Below are positions 46,812 to 56,103 of a stretch of DNA of 64,000 nt, in pieces. This DNA comes from Thermoplasmata archaeon (GTDB lineage: Archaea; Thermoplasmatota; Thermoplasmata; Lutacidiplasmatales; UBA184): contig JAKAOF010000004.1 in NCBI GenBank assembly GCA_021823345.1, positions 15,055 to 79,054 of the forward strand, given 5' to 3'. The first letter of the stretch is position 1; every line of letters begins with the position of its first letter. The translations under genes were made by a program, and so were the position numbers. The notes below the pieces were generated by a model that saw only the letters and a list, made by a program, of their open reading frames with translations, had not been told where the DNA came from and searched no databases.

Positions 46812-48059
46812 ATGATGGGCACGGGCCTGAGCGATGAGGGGGGCCGGGTCGAGGACTTCCGTTTCCTCCTGCCCCGCCAGTACGGGTATGAGCTCTCCCA
46901 CGAGCAGCATGCCCTCTACATCCGGGTCCCCGCTTCGACGGTGACGGAGATCACCCCGGAAGGGCTCCACATCTTGGAACGCAACCTCGAGCGCTGGGCG
47001 CACGACATCCGGGAAAGCATGCTCACGACCTTTGTCATCTCCGACAAGGATTTTGTCGAGCTCGAGACGGGAAATTTCCTGACGCTGCTCAAGAACCGCA
47101 ACGTCGGCCCCATCCGGGAGGCCGTGAGCGACCTCCTGCGAAGGATCGAGACCGGGAGGGACGTCAAGCTGCGCCGGATCCTCAACGAGCTCTCCGCGGA
47201 CCGGGAAGGAGAACTGCTCTCCTCGATCCGACACGGGGGGAAGGCTTCGCGGCGGCTCGTCACCGGCCGCCGGGGACGGGTGGTGGCCTATCGGTCGGCC
47301 CCCCCGGAGGGGCCGCAGGACATCGCGGTCATCCCTACCGTCCGGGCGGCCATTCGTCGCGGAGCCAAGGTCACGAACCGTCTCCAGATCCAGAAACAGG
47401 ACATCCAGGAGAACATCCGGTACGCCCGGATCGGCTCGTATCTCGGGCTCGTCGTCGACACGAGCACCTACGACGAGGAGGCGCGGCAGCAGATGGAAGG
47501 GATCGTCCGTTCCCTCCTGCTCGATGCCTACGAACGGCGGGACCGGGTCGCCCTCATCCTCTCCCGCGGGGACCGGGCCCAGATCGTCTCGGACTTCACC
47601 TCCGACCTCGAGATCATCCGGGCCACGTTCGAGCGGACCGAGTGGGGGGGCCTAAGTCCGTTCTCCTCCGGGGTCATGGAAGGGGCGAAGCTCTTCCTCC
47701 TCCGGCTGGCCGACACGATCGATGCGGTCAAGGTCCTCATCCTCGTGACGACGGGCAAGGCGAACGTGCCCATGGTCCAAGGCGGGAACGTCCGACGGGA
47801 ACTCGATATGCTCCCCCACAGTTTTGCCGGCATCGACCTGAGCTCGATCGTGATCGACGTCACCACCCACGGCTCCCCGTACCTCCGGGAATTCGCCACG
47901 ATCGCTCGGGCCCGGTATTATCACCCCAGCACGGTGCGCTACCACAAGGTGACGCTCGCCAACGAGATGTTGACCGCCTTCGAGACCGGGGAACGAGAGC
48001 GCTCGACCCATGTGGGAAAGGCATTCCTCGACCGGCTTCGGGACAGCCCCGGCACGTGA
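46812..48059 (+). CDS. vWA-domain protein, ChlD/BchD C-terminal-like
   Basis: GLVVDTSTYDEEARQQMEGIVRSLLLDAYERRDRVALILSRGDRAQIV matches the ChlD vWA block (VVDASGSM ... DAYQRRDRVALVAFRG). No cognate AAA+ ATPase nearby. Confidence 0.7.
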   Translation: MMGTGLSDEGGRVEDFRFLLPRQYGYELSHEQHALYIRVPASTVTEITPEGLHILERNLERWAHDIRESMLTTFVISDKDFVELETGNFLTLLKNRNVGPIREAVSDLLRRIETGRDVKLRRILNELSADREGELLSSIRHGGKASRRLVTGRRGRVVAYRSAPPEGPQDIAVIPTVRAAIRRGAKVTNRLQIQKQDIQENIRYARIGSYLGLVVDTSTYDEEARQQMEGIVRSLLLDAYERRDRVALILSRGDRAQIVSDFTSDLEIIRATFERTEWGGLSPFSSGVMEGAKLFLLRLADTIDAVKVLILVTTGKANVPMVQGGNVRRELDMLPHSFAGIDLSSIVIDVTTHGSPYLREFATIARARYYHPSTVRYHKVTLANEMLTAFETGERERSTHVGKAFLDRLRDSPGT

Positions 48060-49177
48060 GCGGACCGGACGTGAAGCGGTCCCAGCCTCCCCGGGGACCG
48101 GGGAGCCCGGCGAGTCCGTCCCCTGCCCTCCCGGAGCTGGACCTCTCCCTGCTCGAGGGGATAAGGTTCGGGTGCCTCCCGAACTGTGGCCTGTGCTGTT
48201 TTGCGACCCCGGCGGTCTCCCAAGAGGAACAGGTCGAGCTCCTCCGAACGATCCCGAAGCTCGAGCTCCTTCCCGGCTCGAACGGGTACTCCCAGGTGGC
48301 GAGCCGAGCGGAAGGCGGCGCCTGCCAACTGTTGAAGGGAAGCCGTTGCCAGGCGTACACCTGCCGTCCTTTCCCGTGCACCGAGTACCCGATCATGGTC
48401 CACATCGGGTCACGTGCCCAAGCGAGTGTCTGCCTGAGCTGCCCGGGGATCAGCCTGGATCACCTCGAGGACTTTGCCACGTCCAACGCGCGTCGAGCGG
48501 AGCCGAAAGGATTGGAACAGGAGCTCGACCGGGTAGCTCGGGAGTTCGCCCGTTTCCCGGTCCAGAACTGGCTCCGGGTCCACCAACGACAAGAGGAGGC
48601 CCTTCGTCGTCGGCTCGAACGGGAGGACCGTTGGGAGTCCCCGGAGGACCTCCGATCCCGTCTCCAAGAGGAACTTCCGTTCCCCGAGGCCGACGACTTC
48701 CCGGCGAACCCACCCCCGCCCAAGGAGGAGGGGCTCGAATCCCTTCCCCTCTTCTACGAAGAGGGTACGGGGATCGTCGCGCTTTCCGACCATCCGAGAG
48801 GCTGGGAAGTGCTCTCCATACGGGAGTCGGGAGGCATCGGGTCCAGTCTGAGCGTGCTTGTTCCCCCGGATCGCCCTCCTCGGCTGGACGCATCGGGCGA
48901 ACGGTTGCTGCGAGGGTACCTGGGACTGATCGTCCAGCGGGACCAGCTGCTCTGGTCGGCGTACGCCGAGGTCGGGAACCACGAAGAGGCGACCCTGGGC
49001 GAGGTGGCCGAGGAGATCGTCCGGGAGGCGGCGACCCAGGTCCTTACCCGGGCCGTGATCCGGGCCCAGTTGCGGGGGACCTCCGCGGGGGTGCTCTCCC
49101 GCGAGGACGTCGCGCGCGGGATCCGGGCGACGGACTCCGATCTTCTGGATCTGCCCACCCTCGGACGAGTGCTCTGA
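48056..49177 (+). CDS. Cys-cluster protein, YkgJ/CxxCxxCC (putative Fe-S or zinc-chelating)-like with a C-terminal alpha-helical domain
   Basis: GTG start overlapping the upstream TGA (GTGA). FGCLPNCGLCCFATP ... CQLLKGSRCQAYTCRPFPCTEYP. Only the 3' 373 codons of ORF 47642..49177 are used. Confidence 0.5.
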   Translation: MSGPDVKRSQPPRGPGSPASPSPALPELDLSLLEGIRFGCLPNCGLCCFATPAVSQEEQVELLRTIPKLELLPGSNGYSQVASRAEGGACQLLKGSRCQAYTCRPFPCTEYPIMVHIGSRAQASVCLSCPGISLDHLEDFATSNARRAEPKGLEQELDRVAREFARFPVQNWLRVHQRQEEALRRRLEREDRWESPEDLRSRLQEELPFPEADDFPANPPPPKEEGLESLPLFYEEGTGIVALSDHPRGWEVLSIRESGGIGSSLSVLVPPDRPPRLDASGERLLRGYLGLIVQRDQLLWSAYAEVGNHEEATLGEVAEEIVREAATQVLTRAVIRAQLRGTSAGVLSREDVARGIRATDSDLLDLPTLGRVL

Positions 49178-49256
49178 GGAACCGCGTTCCTGGGCCCAAA
49201 CTACGGACCTTTTGCGGACCAGCATCTTCATAGCTCAGTCCCGTATGGGGCGGGCC

Positions 49257-49547
49257 ATGGCGACCATTGCCAGTCTGAGGGCCAACAGCAGCGCGACCAT
49301 CGAAGGGACCATCACAGTCATCTCCCCGCCCCGCCGGGTCAACACCCAGCGCGGTGAGACCGAGGTTGCGGACGCCACGTTGCAGGACGAGTCGGGGACC
49401 ATCCAGTGGACCCTTTGGGGAGAAGAGATCAAACAATACCACGTGGGCCAGAAGATCAAGATCGCCGACGGCTGGGTCAAGGAATTCCGGGGCAAGCTCC
49501 AGGTCTCCAAGGGCCGGGGCGGCACGGTCACCGTTCAGTCCAAGTAA
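49257..49547 (+). CDS. Single OB-fold nucleic-acid-binding protein (SSB/RPA-like)
   Basis: MATIASLRANSSATIEGTITVISPPRRVNTQRGETEVADATLQDESGTIQWTLWGEEIKQYHVGQKIKIADGWVKEFRGKLQVSKGRGGTVTV, a typical anticodon-binding/RPA-type OB-fold pattern. Confidence 0.6.
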   Translation: MATIASLRANSSATIEGTITVISPPRRVNTQRGETEVADATLQDESGTIQWTLWGEEIKQYHVGQKIKIADGWVKEFRGKLQVSKGRGGTVTVQSK

Positions 49548-49807
49548 GATCGAGGATTTCCCTACGGGGCTAATCCCCGAGGGGTCGGGACGCGCGGGCG
49601 AGACCTTTCCCTACCGAAGTTCCCCACACGTCTTCGCTCTACCAGGAAACCGGAGCATCCGAGACAGCGAGCACGGGCTCACTGCCCGTGAGGGCGGCTG
49701 AACCCGGCACTCTTCGGAGCCTCAAGGTCCATCTGCCCCCAGGACGACGTCAACGCCCCGCGGTGCGATCTTCGCGAGCGAGGCGGCGGGACCCCCGACC
49801 CGGGCGG

Positions 49808-51637
49808 TCATGTGACCCGGAGTACCACGGCCCCCTCCTCAAGGGCCTTCAACTGTTCGGGAGGGAGCAACGACCAGTTGAGGTACACCAGCACGGCGCC
49901 CCGGGAGGTCTCGGCCACTTCTCGAAGGACCTGGATGAGCCGACGTACTGTTTTTGGTGAGGTACTGTCGGTCACCACGTCGATCCCTTGGAAGACCACT
50001 GCCCGGGCACTGCCTCCCTGGAGGTGGAGTTCCATCAGATTCCCCAACCGGTCGATATCGGCGGGAAAGATGTTTCCCTCCCCCTCCGTGCGCGCAATGC
50101 GAAGGAAGTGCGCCCCGGCAAGACCGTAGACGGATGAGAGGTGGGCAGGCGCCTCCGTAGAGACGACGAGGATGTGATCCCGCGGGAATCCCGAGCGCGC
50201 GACCATGGCCCACATTCGCTCCGCCTTCTGGGATTCGACGATGGTCATGGGGACCATGGGCCAGGGGGGTTCTCGAGCAACGGCGGGCGCTGTCGGGACC
50301 GGAGAACTTGCCGGGGACACCACCTTCGGCGGCGGTGGGGAAGGCGCGAGGGGGCGTGGGGTCAAGGCGGGGGCCGCATCGGCAGAGCGGCGGTTGCGGG
50401 AGCGCAGGTAGAGGAAGAACACCAAGGCGATCACGATGACGGCCAGCACCGCAATGATCCCCAGGAACACCGCCGAAGTCAAGAAGGACGATCCCCCCGG
50501 TGGCGAATTCTGGGAAGGAGGAGGGCTCCCGGACGTTACGTACGTGAGTTCCAGCGTCCCGTTCCCCTTCACCGACACGTTCGTGTTTGCGGAGGCAGGG
50601 GCTTGGATCACGAGTGGACCTATCGCCGTCCACGACGAGAAGGTGTAGCCAGAACACGCGGGGGCAGCGGCCACGTACGTCCCCGCGGTCACGCCGGTGA
50701 TCTGCGTACCGGAGGTGAAGGTCGTGCCGTTGAAGACGAGGGGTCCGCAGAGTCCTGGACTGACCTGGAAAGTGACCTGATAATGGGCGAGGGTCGATGG
50801 GGGGGGTCCCCCTGAACTCGAGGAGGTATAGTTCCCCCAGAGGTCTCCGCCCCCGGGACTCACTTGCACGGTGGTCGAAGGGGAAGTGGGATTCCCCACC
50901 ACGAGGTTGCCCTTCGTCGTCCAACCCTGAAAGGCGAATCCGGGACATATCGAGACGATGGAGTAGGTTCCCGGGAGGGTGAGGAACTGGGAGTTGTTGG
51001 CCTGCGGGGTGCCGTTGAAGGACGGGTACGGGCAGGAACTGGGGGAGAATCCCATCTGGACGGGGATTCCGTAGTGGATGGCTATGGTTCCATTCCCGGT
51101 CACGTAGACGTTGGCGGTGTAGTCCGGAGAGGGTAGGAGGGACCCTGACGTGAGCGAGATATTGGAGGCGGGGGACACCGAAACGTTGGAAACCTCGTAC
51201 CCAAGACAGGATGAGCCTGGAGCGGGAACTATGAGCGGGACAGGAAAGGAGGAGGAAGGGGACACCTGAGCGGTCTGGCCGCTGGAGTAGGCCTGACTGT
51301 TGAAACTCACCGGAGAGCTTCCGGAACAGGGGTTGGCCGGCGTTACCGTGAGGAGAACGGATGCCATCCCAGGAGTCGAGGGTAGGGCTACCTTGGAGTC
51401 GAAGTGCGCGGAGGAAGAGTCATAGGGGTGAGATCCCGCGGCGGAAACGTTCCACGACGAGAAAACGAGAATCAAGAGCGCGACTCCTATCGCCGTGGCG
51501 GCAAATGGAAGGGTGTTACGGCCGAAACCACGCCACCGTCGGATCCCATTCTGTCTTGGAGACGCACCCGCACCCCTCAACGGTTCCGAAGAGAGATTGG
51601 CTCCGAACAATGTACCAGCGGCCCTCCTCCCTTGCAT
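49808..51637 (-). CDS. Membrane protein with extracellular Ser/Thr-rich Ig-like N-terminal domain, one TM, Pro-rich linker and cytoplasmic DUF835-like (RecA-fold without P-loop) C-terminal domain
   Basis: Signal/TM FAATAIGVALLILVFSSW. TM FLGIIAVLAVIVIALVFFLYL. C-terminal HILVVSTEAPAHLSSVYGLAGAHFLRIARTEGEGNIFPADIDRLGNLMELHLQGGSARAVVFQGIDVV ... VLVYLNW. The true start may be internal. Confidence 0.55.
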   Translation of the reverse strand: MQGRRAAGTLFGANLSSEPLRGAGASPRQNGIRRWRGFGRNTLPFAATAIGVALLILVFSSWNVSAAGSHPYDSSSAHFDSKVALPSTPGMASVLLTVTPANPCSGSSPVSFNSQAYSSGQTAQVSPSSSFPVPLIVPAPGSSCLGYEVSNVSVSPASNISLTSGSLLPSPDYTANVYVTGNGTIAIHYGIPVQMGFSPSSCPYPSFNGTPQANNSQFLTLPGTYSIVSICPGFAFQGWTTKGNLVVGNPTSPSTTVQVSPGGGDLWGNYTSSSSGGPPPSTLAHYQVTFQVSPGLCGPLVFNGTTFTSGTQITGVTAGTYVAAAPACSGYTFSSWTAIGPLVIQAPASANTNVSVKGNGTLELTYVTSGSPPPSQNSPPGGSSFLTSAVFLGIIAVLAVIVIALVFFLYLRSRNRRSADAAPALTPRPLAPSPPPPKVVSPASSPVPTAPAVAREPPWPMVPMTIVESQKAERMWAMVARSGFPRDHILVVSTEAPAHLSSVYGLAGAHFLRIARTEGEGNIFPADIDRLGNLMELHLQGGSARAVVFQGIDVVTDSTSPKTVRRLIQVLREVAETSRGAVLVYLNWSLLPPEQLKALEEGAVVLRVT

Positions 51638-51845
51638 CCCGGCCGGAGTATATAAGACTCGGACCCACCCCCAAGCGTACCTTTTTCATTCACCCAGGGA
51701 ATGGGGGCGTGCCCCCGGGGGAGCACGTGGGTGGTCACTAGTGAAGTTGCACCCGAGTGGGCCGCGGATCCCAAGCGGGTATAGGTCCACGGCCCGCAGG
51801 CTCGGCCTTATAGCTTCAGTATAGTATCTAAACCGTCCCCCGTCG

Positions 51846-52460
51846 ATGACACTCCATTCCAAAACGCTCTCCTCAGATACCTGGCCCGCCTTCGCTCGTC
51901 TTGTGGAGAAGCACAACGGAATCTTCGGAGGATGTTGGTGTATCTCCTTCCATCTCGAACCCGGAGAGAACAAACAATATGCGGGGAGATATCGCGAACT
52001 GAAGGAGGCGCGAGTCCGGAGCGGACGAGCCCACGCGGCCTTGGTGTTCGACGGGCCCGAGGCCGTGGGCTGGTGCCAGTTTGGACCCACGGCGGAACTC
52101 CCCAATATCCGGAGCCGGAAGGAATATGACAAAGGGCTCCAGAAATTGCCCGACTGGCGAATCACGTGTTTCTTCATCGACCGCGAACGTCGAGGTCAAG
52201 GGATCGCAACTCTCGCACTGCGCGAAGCGCTTCGACAAATTGCCAGAGCCGGAGGCGGTACGGTCGAGGCCTACCCGGAGGACTACACTGACGAGAAGAC
52301 CTCAAACTCCTTCCTTTGCAGCGGGACCTTGGGGATGTTCGAGAAGACCGGGTTCCAGAAGACGCGCAAGATCGCGATGCGTCGGTGGGTCGTCACTCGC
52401 AAGGTCTCCCCTGAGCGATCGTTGCGACCTCGGAAACGATCTCCGACTCGGTCATACTGA
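51846..52460 (+). CDS. GNAT family N-acetyltransferase
   Basis: ITCFFIDRERRGQGIATLALREALRQIARAGGGTVEAYPED (R-x-x-G-x-G acetyl-CoA binding motif). TATA-like TTATAGC about 35 nt upstream. Confidence 0.7.
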   Translation: MTLHSKTLSSDTWPAFARLVEKHNGIFGGCWCISFHLEPGENKQYAGRYRELKEARVRSGRAHAALVFDGPEAVGWCQFGPTAELPNIRSRKEYDKGLQKLPDWRITCFFIDRERRGQGIATLALREALRQIARAGGGTVEAYPEDYTDEKTSNSFLCSGTLGMFEKTGFQKTRKIAMRRWVVTRKVSPERSLRPRKRSPTRSY

Positions 52461-52722
52461 GTCCGGAAGGGCCGGAGGTGCCGACTTGAGGTTAGCGCAC
52501 GTTCTAACTGTGAACTGCCCTGACGGGGATCGGCCAATAGCGCCTGCCGCTCGTATTCGGTGGGAGTGAGCGTCGGCAGGCTCCCTGCGTGGAGTCTCGC
52601 GGATCACCTTCCTTGGCACCGCCCCTGGGTAAGACCGGGAGGGATTGAACGGTGGTCTCTCGTCGGCGTGAAGGGAGAAAATGACCCGGCCCAGCTTCTC
52701 CTCCGCTCATTTCACGCACGGG

Positions 52723-54054
52723 CTAGATTCCTACCAGGAGCGCAGTGAAGGTGACCGCGAACGTGATCAGGGTCAGCGGGACCCCGTAGCGGGAGAACTG
52801 GAAGAAGGAGATCTTCACGCCGACCCGTTCGGCCTGGTTCACGACGATCAGGTTGCTTGCGGCGCCGAGGAGCGTCAGGTTCCCGGCGAGGGTGGTGCCG
52901 GCCGCGAGCGTCACCCAGATGCGGGGATTCGATGCTCCGTACCCGAGATTGTGGAGAAAGGGGACCGACAGGGCCGCCCACGGTACGTTGGAGAGGATCT
53001 GGCTCCCGCCAAGGCTGGAAAGCATCAGGATCCCAAGGGTCTGAGGAGAGGATCGAGGGCCCGTGGAGGCGGGAATGGCGAGGAACTGATCGAGATGGGT
53101 GAAGATGCCCGCCGCGGAGACCGCGCCCATCACGACGAACAGCCCCGCGAAGAGCAGCAACGTGTTCCAATCCACCCCTTCGATCAGGGAGCGGCTGGTG
53201 GGATGGAGGAGTAGCAAGAGCAGGGCTCCTCCCAGTGCGATCGCCCAGATCGGTAAGGCGACCATGTGGAAGAATTCCGACCCGATGTCGTTCGCGAGGA
53301 AGAAGGCGATCATGCCCGGGAAGATCATCACCGAGGGCCGGGCGCGGAGCCAGGACACCCAGCCCCCCTCGGGGCTCTTCGGAAAGAACGAAATGACCGA
53401 GTCCGACACCGAAAGCGGAGCGTCCCCCGCGGCCTTCTGCAGGTCCGGTCCGAACCAGCGCTGGAGCAGCCAGCCCCCGATTAGCAGGTTGAGGAAGGTG
53501 GGGATCGCGAGGTACACCGCGAAGGTGGTGAAGGGGGTCGGGATCCCGCTCGAGAGCGAGATGAGCGCGTTCTGGGGGTTCCCGAGGGGCGTCATGACGC
53601 TCCCCACCGTGACGGCGTAGGCGACGGTAAGGAGGAGGGGGACCGGAGAAACGCGCATCTTGCGGGACAGGCCAAGGAGGAGCGGGACCGAGAGCAGCAC
53701 GATGGCATCGTTCACGAGGAACGCGGAGAGCAACCCGAACCCGAGGAAAAGGTAGAAGGGAACGTTCTCCGCGCGTCGCGACACCGAGAGCAGCCAACTG
53801 GCGATGTGCGTCAGGACGCCCGCCTTCTCCAGGGCAACGGCGAAGACGAACATCGAGAACAGGAAGATCAGCACGGAAAAGTTGAGCGAAGCGAGCGCGG
53901 CCGACGGGGTCAGCACCCCCAGGGCCACCATCGCCCCGCCGGCGATCAGGAAAAGGACGGAGAGCGGCGGACCTCGGACCAGGATCTGGCGGACGATGAC
54001 CGCGGCGTAGAGGATCAGTAGGACGGCCAGCGCGGTATCGAACTCGTTCGTCAC
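52723..54054 (-). CDS. ArsB/NhaD-superfamily anion permease (CitMHS/DASS-like)
   Basis: 443 aa with about 12 TM helices. Conserved C-terminal block LAAGTTLAGNLTLLGAASNLIVVNQAERVGVKISFFQF. Confidence 0.8.
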   Translation of the reverse strand: MTNEFDTALAVLLILYAAVIVRQILVRGPPLSVLFLIAGGAMVALGVLTPSAALASLNFSVLIFLFSMFVFAVALEKAGVLTHIASWLLSVSRRAENVPFYLFLGFGLLSAFLVNDAIVLLSVPLLLGLSRKMRVSPVPLLLTVAYAVTVGSVMTPLGNPQNALISLSSGIPTPFTTFAVYLAIPTFLNLLIGGWLLQRWFGPDLQKAAGDAPLSVSDSVISFFPKSPEGGWVSWLRARPSVMIFPGMIAFFLANDIGSEFFHMVALPIWAIALGGALLLLLLHPTSRSLIEGVDWNTLLLFAGLFVVMGAVSAAGIFTHLDQFLAIPASTGPRSSPQTLGILMLSSLGGSQILSNVPWAALSVPFLHNLGYGASNPRIWVTLAAGTTLAGNLTLLGAASNLIVVNQAERVGVKISFFQFSRYGVPLTLITFAVTFTALLVGI

Positions 54055-54106
54055 ACTCGAGGCCGGCTCCCGGGGGCGTTCGATCCCGGCCGGAGAACGG
54101 GGTCTC

Positions 54107-55129
54107 TCACTTTGCCCCGATGTGGAGGGACTCGTTGGTGAGCTTCATCGAGCGCTCAGCATCGGTCTCCAGGGAGAACATCGCGCGGATCGCGTCCACG
54201 TTCTCCGGGACCACGATGGACTCCTGGTGGATCGCCTGGAAGAAGTAGAGGTCTTGTCCCTTCATCTTGGTCCCCTCTTCCCAGAGGACGTTCTCCATGA
54301 CGTCCCCCCGACCCGCGCCGCGGTCCTTCGCCCATTCCATGACCTGCGGGGTTCCCTCCACCCCGGAGGAACCGGGGAAGAGCACGAAGCGGGGCTCGCG
54401 GGAGAACCGAGCAAGGATTTCGGAGACATCGGCCGGAGGATGCTCGAGGCGCACGTGATTGAAGTGGACGTGCATCAGGGTCGTCGGCACCACGACGGCG
54501 GCCGTGGTGATGGGGAGACCTGGGAGGACCGTCTGGACGTCCGGCCCGTGATGCGAGGGAAGCTTCATCGTCGGAAGGATCCCGTTGATGGGACCTTTGC
54601 CGGATTCTCGGGGATCCGCGGCACGGCGGACCAGCGTGGCCTCCCACTCGCGGACCCCGAAGTTCCGTTGTAGGAGCGAGGCGGCACGGGAGAGCCCGGT
54701 CGTGTTACAGGAGACGACCCGGACCCTCTTGGCCCCGAGGCACTCCGAGTAGTTCGCCAAGGCATTGAACGAGTGCTCCGCGACCGCGGCCTTCTCCCCG
54801 CCCTGCCAGATCGCACGAACGCCGAGGCGATCGTAAAGCTCCTTGTTCGCCGTTCCCACCTTCTCCGGGCTGCAGTCGACCACCACGTCCGCGCCCTGGA
54901 TCATCTCCTCGACGGTCCCGGCGACCGGGATCCCGGCCGCTTCGAACTCCGAGCGCGCGCCCTTGCCGGCCACATAGACGGCGTACCCCCGTTCCACGGC
55001 CTGTCGGGCCTCGAAGGTCGGTCGGGTCTTCGATACCCCGACGATCTTCATGTCCTTCTGCCGGGCAACTGCATCAGCGACGCGCTTTCCAATCGTGCCG
55101 TACCCGTTGACGGCCACTTTTACCACCAT
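54107..55129 (-). CDS. gap: Glyceraldehyde-3-phosphate dehydrogenase, archaeal type II
   Basis: MVVKVAVNGYGTIGKRVADAVARQKDMKIVGVSKTRP ... VVSCNTTGLSR ... SHHGPDVQTV ... AIHQESIVVPENVDAIRAM, colinear with characterised archaeal GAPDH. Confidence 0.9.
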   Translation of the reverse strand: MVVKVAVNGYGTIGKRVADAVARQKDMKIVGVSKTRPTFEARQAVERGYAVYVAGKGARSEFEAAGIPVAGTVEEMIQGADVVVDCSPEKVGTANKELYDRLGVRAIWQGGEKAAVAEHSFNALANYSECLGAKRVRVVSCNTTGLSRAASLLQRNFGVREWEATLVRRAADPRESGKGPINGILPTMKLPSHHGPDVQTVLPGLPITTAAVVVPTTLMHVHFNHVRLEHPPADVSEILARFSREPRFVLFPGSSGVEGTPQVMEWAKDRGAGRGDVMENVLWEEGTKMKGQDLYFFQAIHQESIVVPENVDAIRAMFSLETDAERSMKLTNESLHIGAK

Positions 55130-55251
55130 GGACTTCGCCCGTCGCGATGAGTGCGGGAGGTGGATAAAGCGTTCTGGCTAGTTGTCCGGCGTAGCCGGTT
55201 TTGGACGGACCTCCGGCAAGGTTCAAGCCTCGCCGTCGTGTGGGGTGCCTC

Positions 55252-55989
55252 ATGACGACGGCGTTGTACCTGAACGACGCGTACCTCCAGCGGTTCGAAT
55301 CGAAGGTGACCTCGGCCCAGGAGGGCGGAGTGTTCCTCGAAAGCACCGCGTTCTATCCCGCGGGCGGTGGACAACCGTGTGACCGGGGCGAACTCCGTTC
55401 CGCCGGGGGGGCGCGTTGGGCGATCACGGCGGTCGAAAAGTCGAATGGGGAGATCCTCCACCGCATCGCGGGGGACCTGCCGGGAGCAGGGACCTCCGTC
55501 CAGGGGTTCCTCGATTGGGACCTTCGGTACGCCCACATGCGCTACCATACCTGCCTCCACATCCTCAGCGGGGTGGTGTTCCATCGCTTCGGGAGCGTCA
55601 TCACAGGTAACCAAATCTATGCGGACCGGGCCCGGATGGACCTCACCCTGGCCGAGTTCTCGCCTACCTTTGCCCAGGACATCATCGGCGAGGTCAATGC
55701 CGTGGTGGCCCGGAAGCTCCCGGTCTCCGTTCGGTTCCTACCGCGAGAGGAAGCGGATCGGGATCCCAACCTGGTCCGGGTCTCCCGGGACCTGATGCCG
55801 GATGTCCGCGAAGTGCGCTTGATCGACATCGAGGGTTTCGATGTCCAGGCGGATGGCGGGACCCATGTGGCCAATACTCAGGAGGTCGGGGAGGTCCGCT
55901 TGCTCAAGACCGAGAACAAGGGGTCGAAGAACAAGCGGCTCTACGTCACGGTCGCCCCCGCCGTGAGCGCTTCCCCCGTCCGAGAGTAA
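55252..55989 (+). CDS. alaX: Alanyl-tRNA editing protein AlaX (AlaRS editing-domain homolog)
   Basis: Start at MTTALYLNDAYLQRF. Zinc-binding HxxxH ... CGGTH pattern: HTCLHILSGVV ... ADGGTHVANTQEVGEVRLLKTENKG. Confidence 0.8.
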   Translation: MTTALYLNDAYLQRFESKVTSAQEGGVFLESTAFYPAGGGQPCDRGELRSAGGARWAITAVEKSNGEILHRIAGDLPGAGTSVQGFLDWDLRYAHMRYHTCLHILSGVVFHRFGSVITGNQIYADRARMDLTLAEFSPTFAQDIIGEVNAVVARKLPVSVRFLPREEADRDPNLVRVSRDLMPDVREVRLIDIEGFDVQADGGTHVANTQEVGEVRLLKTENKGSKNKRLYVTVAPAVSASPVRE

Positions 55990-56103
55990 AACCCTTAACC
56001 TCCCCCCTCTCGCAACGAGCATGCACGAACGGCAGGATTCGCACGCTCTCCGGACGATCGACTACGGGCCCTCCATGAAGTCGACAGGCCGGCCCTACGG
56101 GGG

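Noticed and set aside
49181-49256. tRNA-like D-loop string (catagctcagtcccgta) upstream of the OB-fold gene
   Set aside because: No acceptor stem, anticodon arm or T-loop (GTTCRAATC) can be assembled around it. It is most likely promoter or 5' region sequence of the OB-fold gene.
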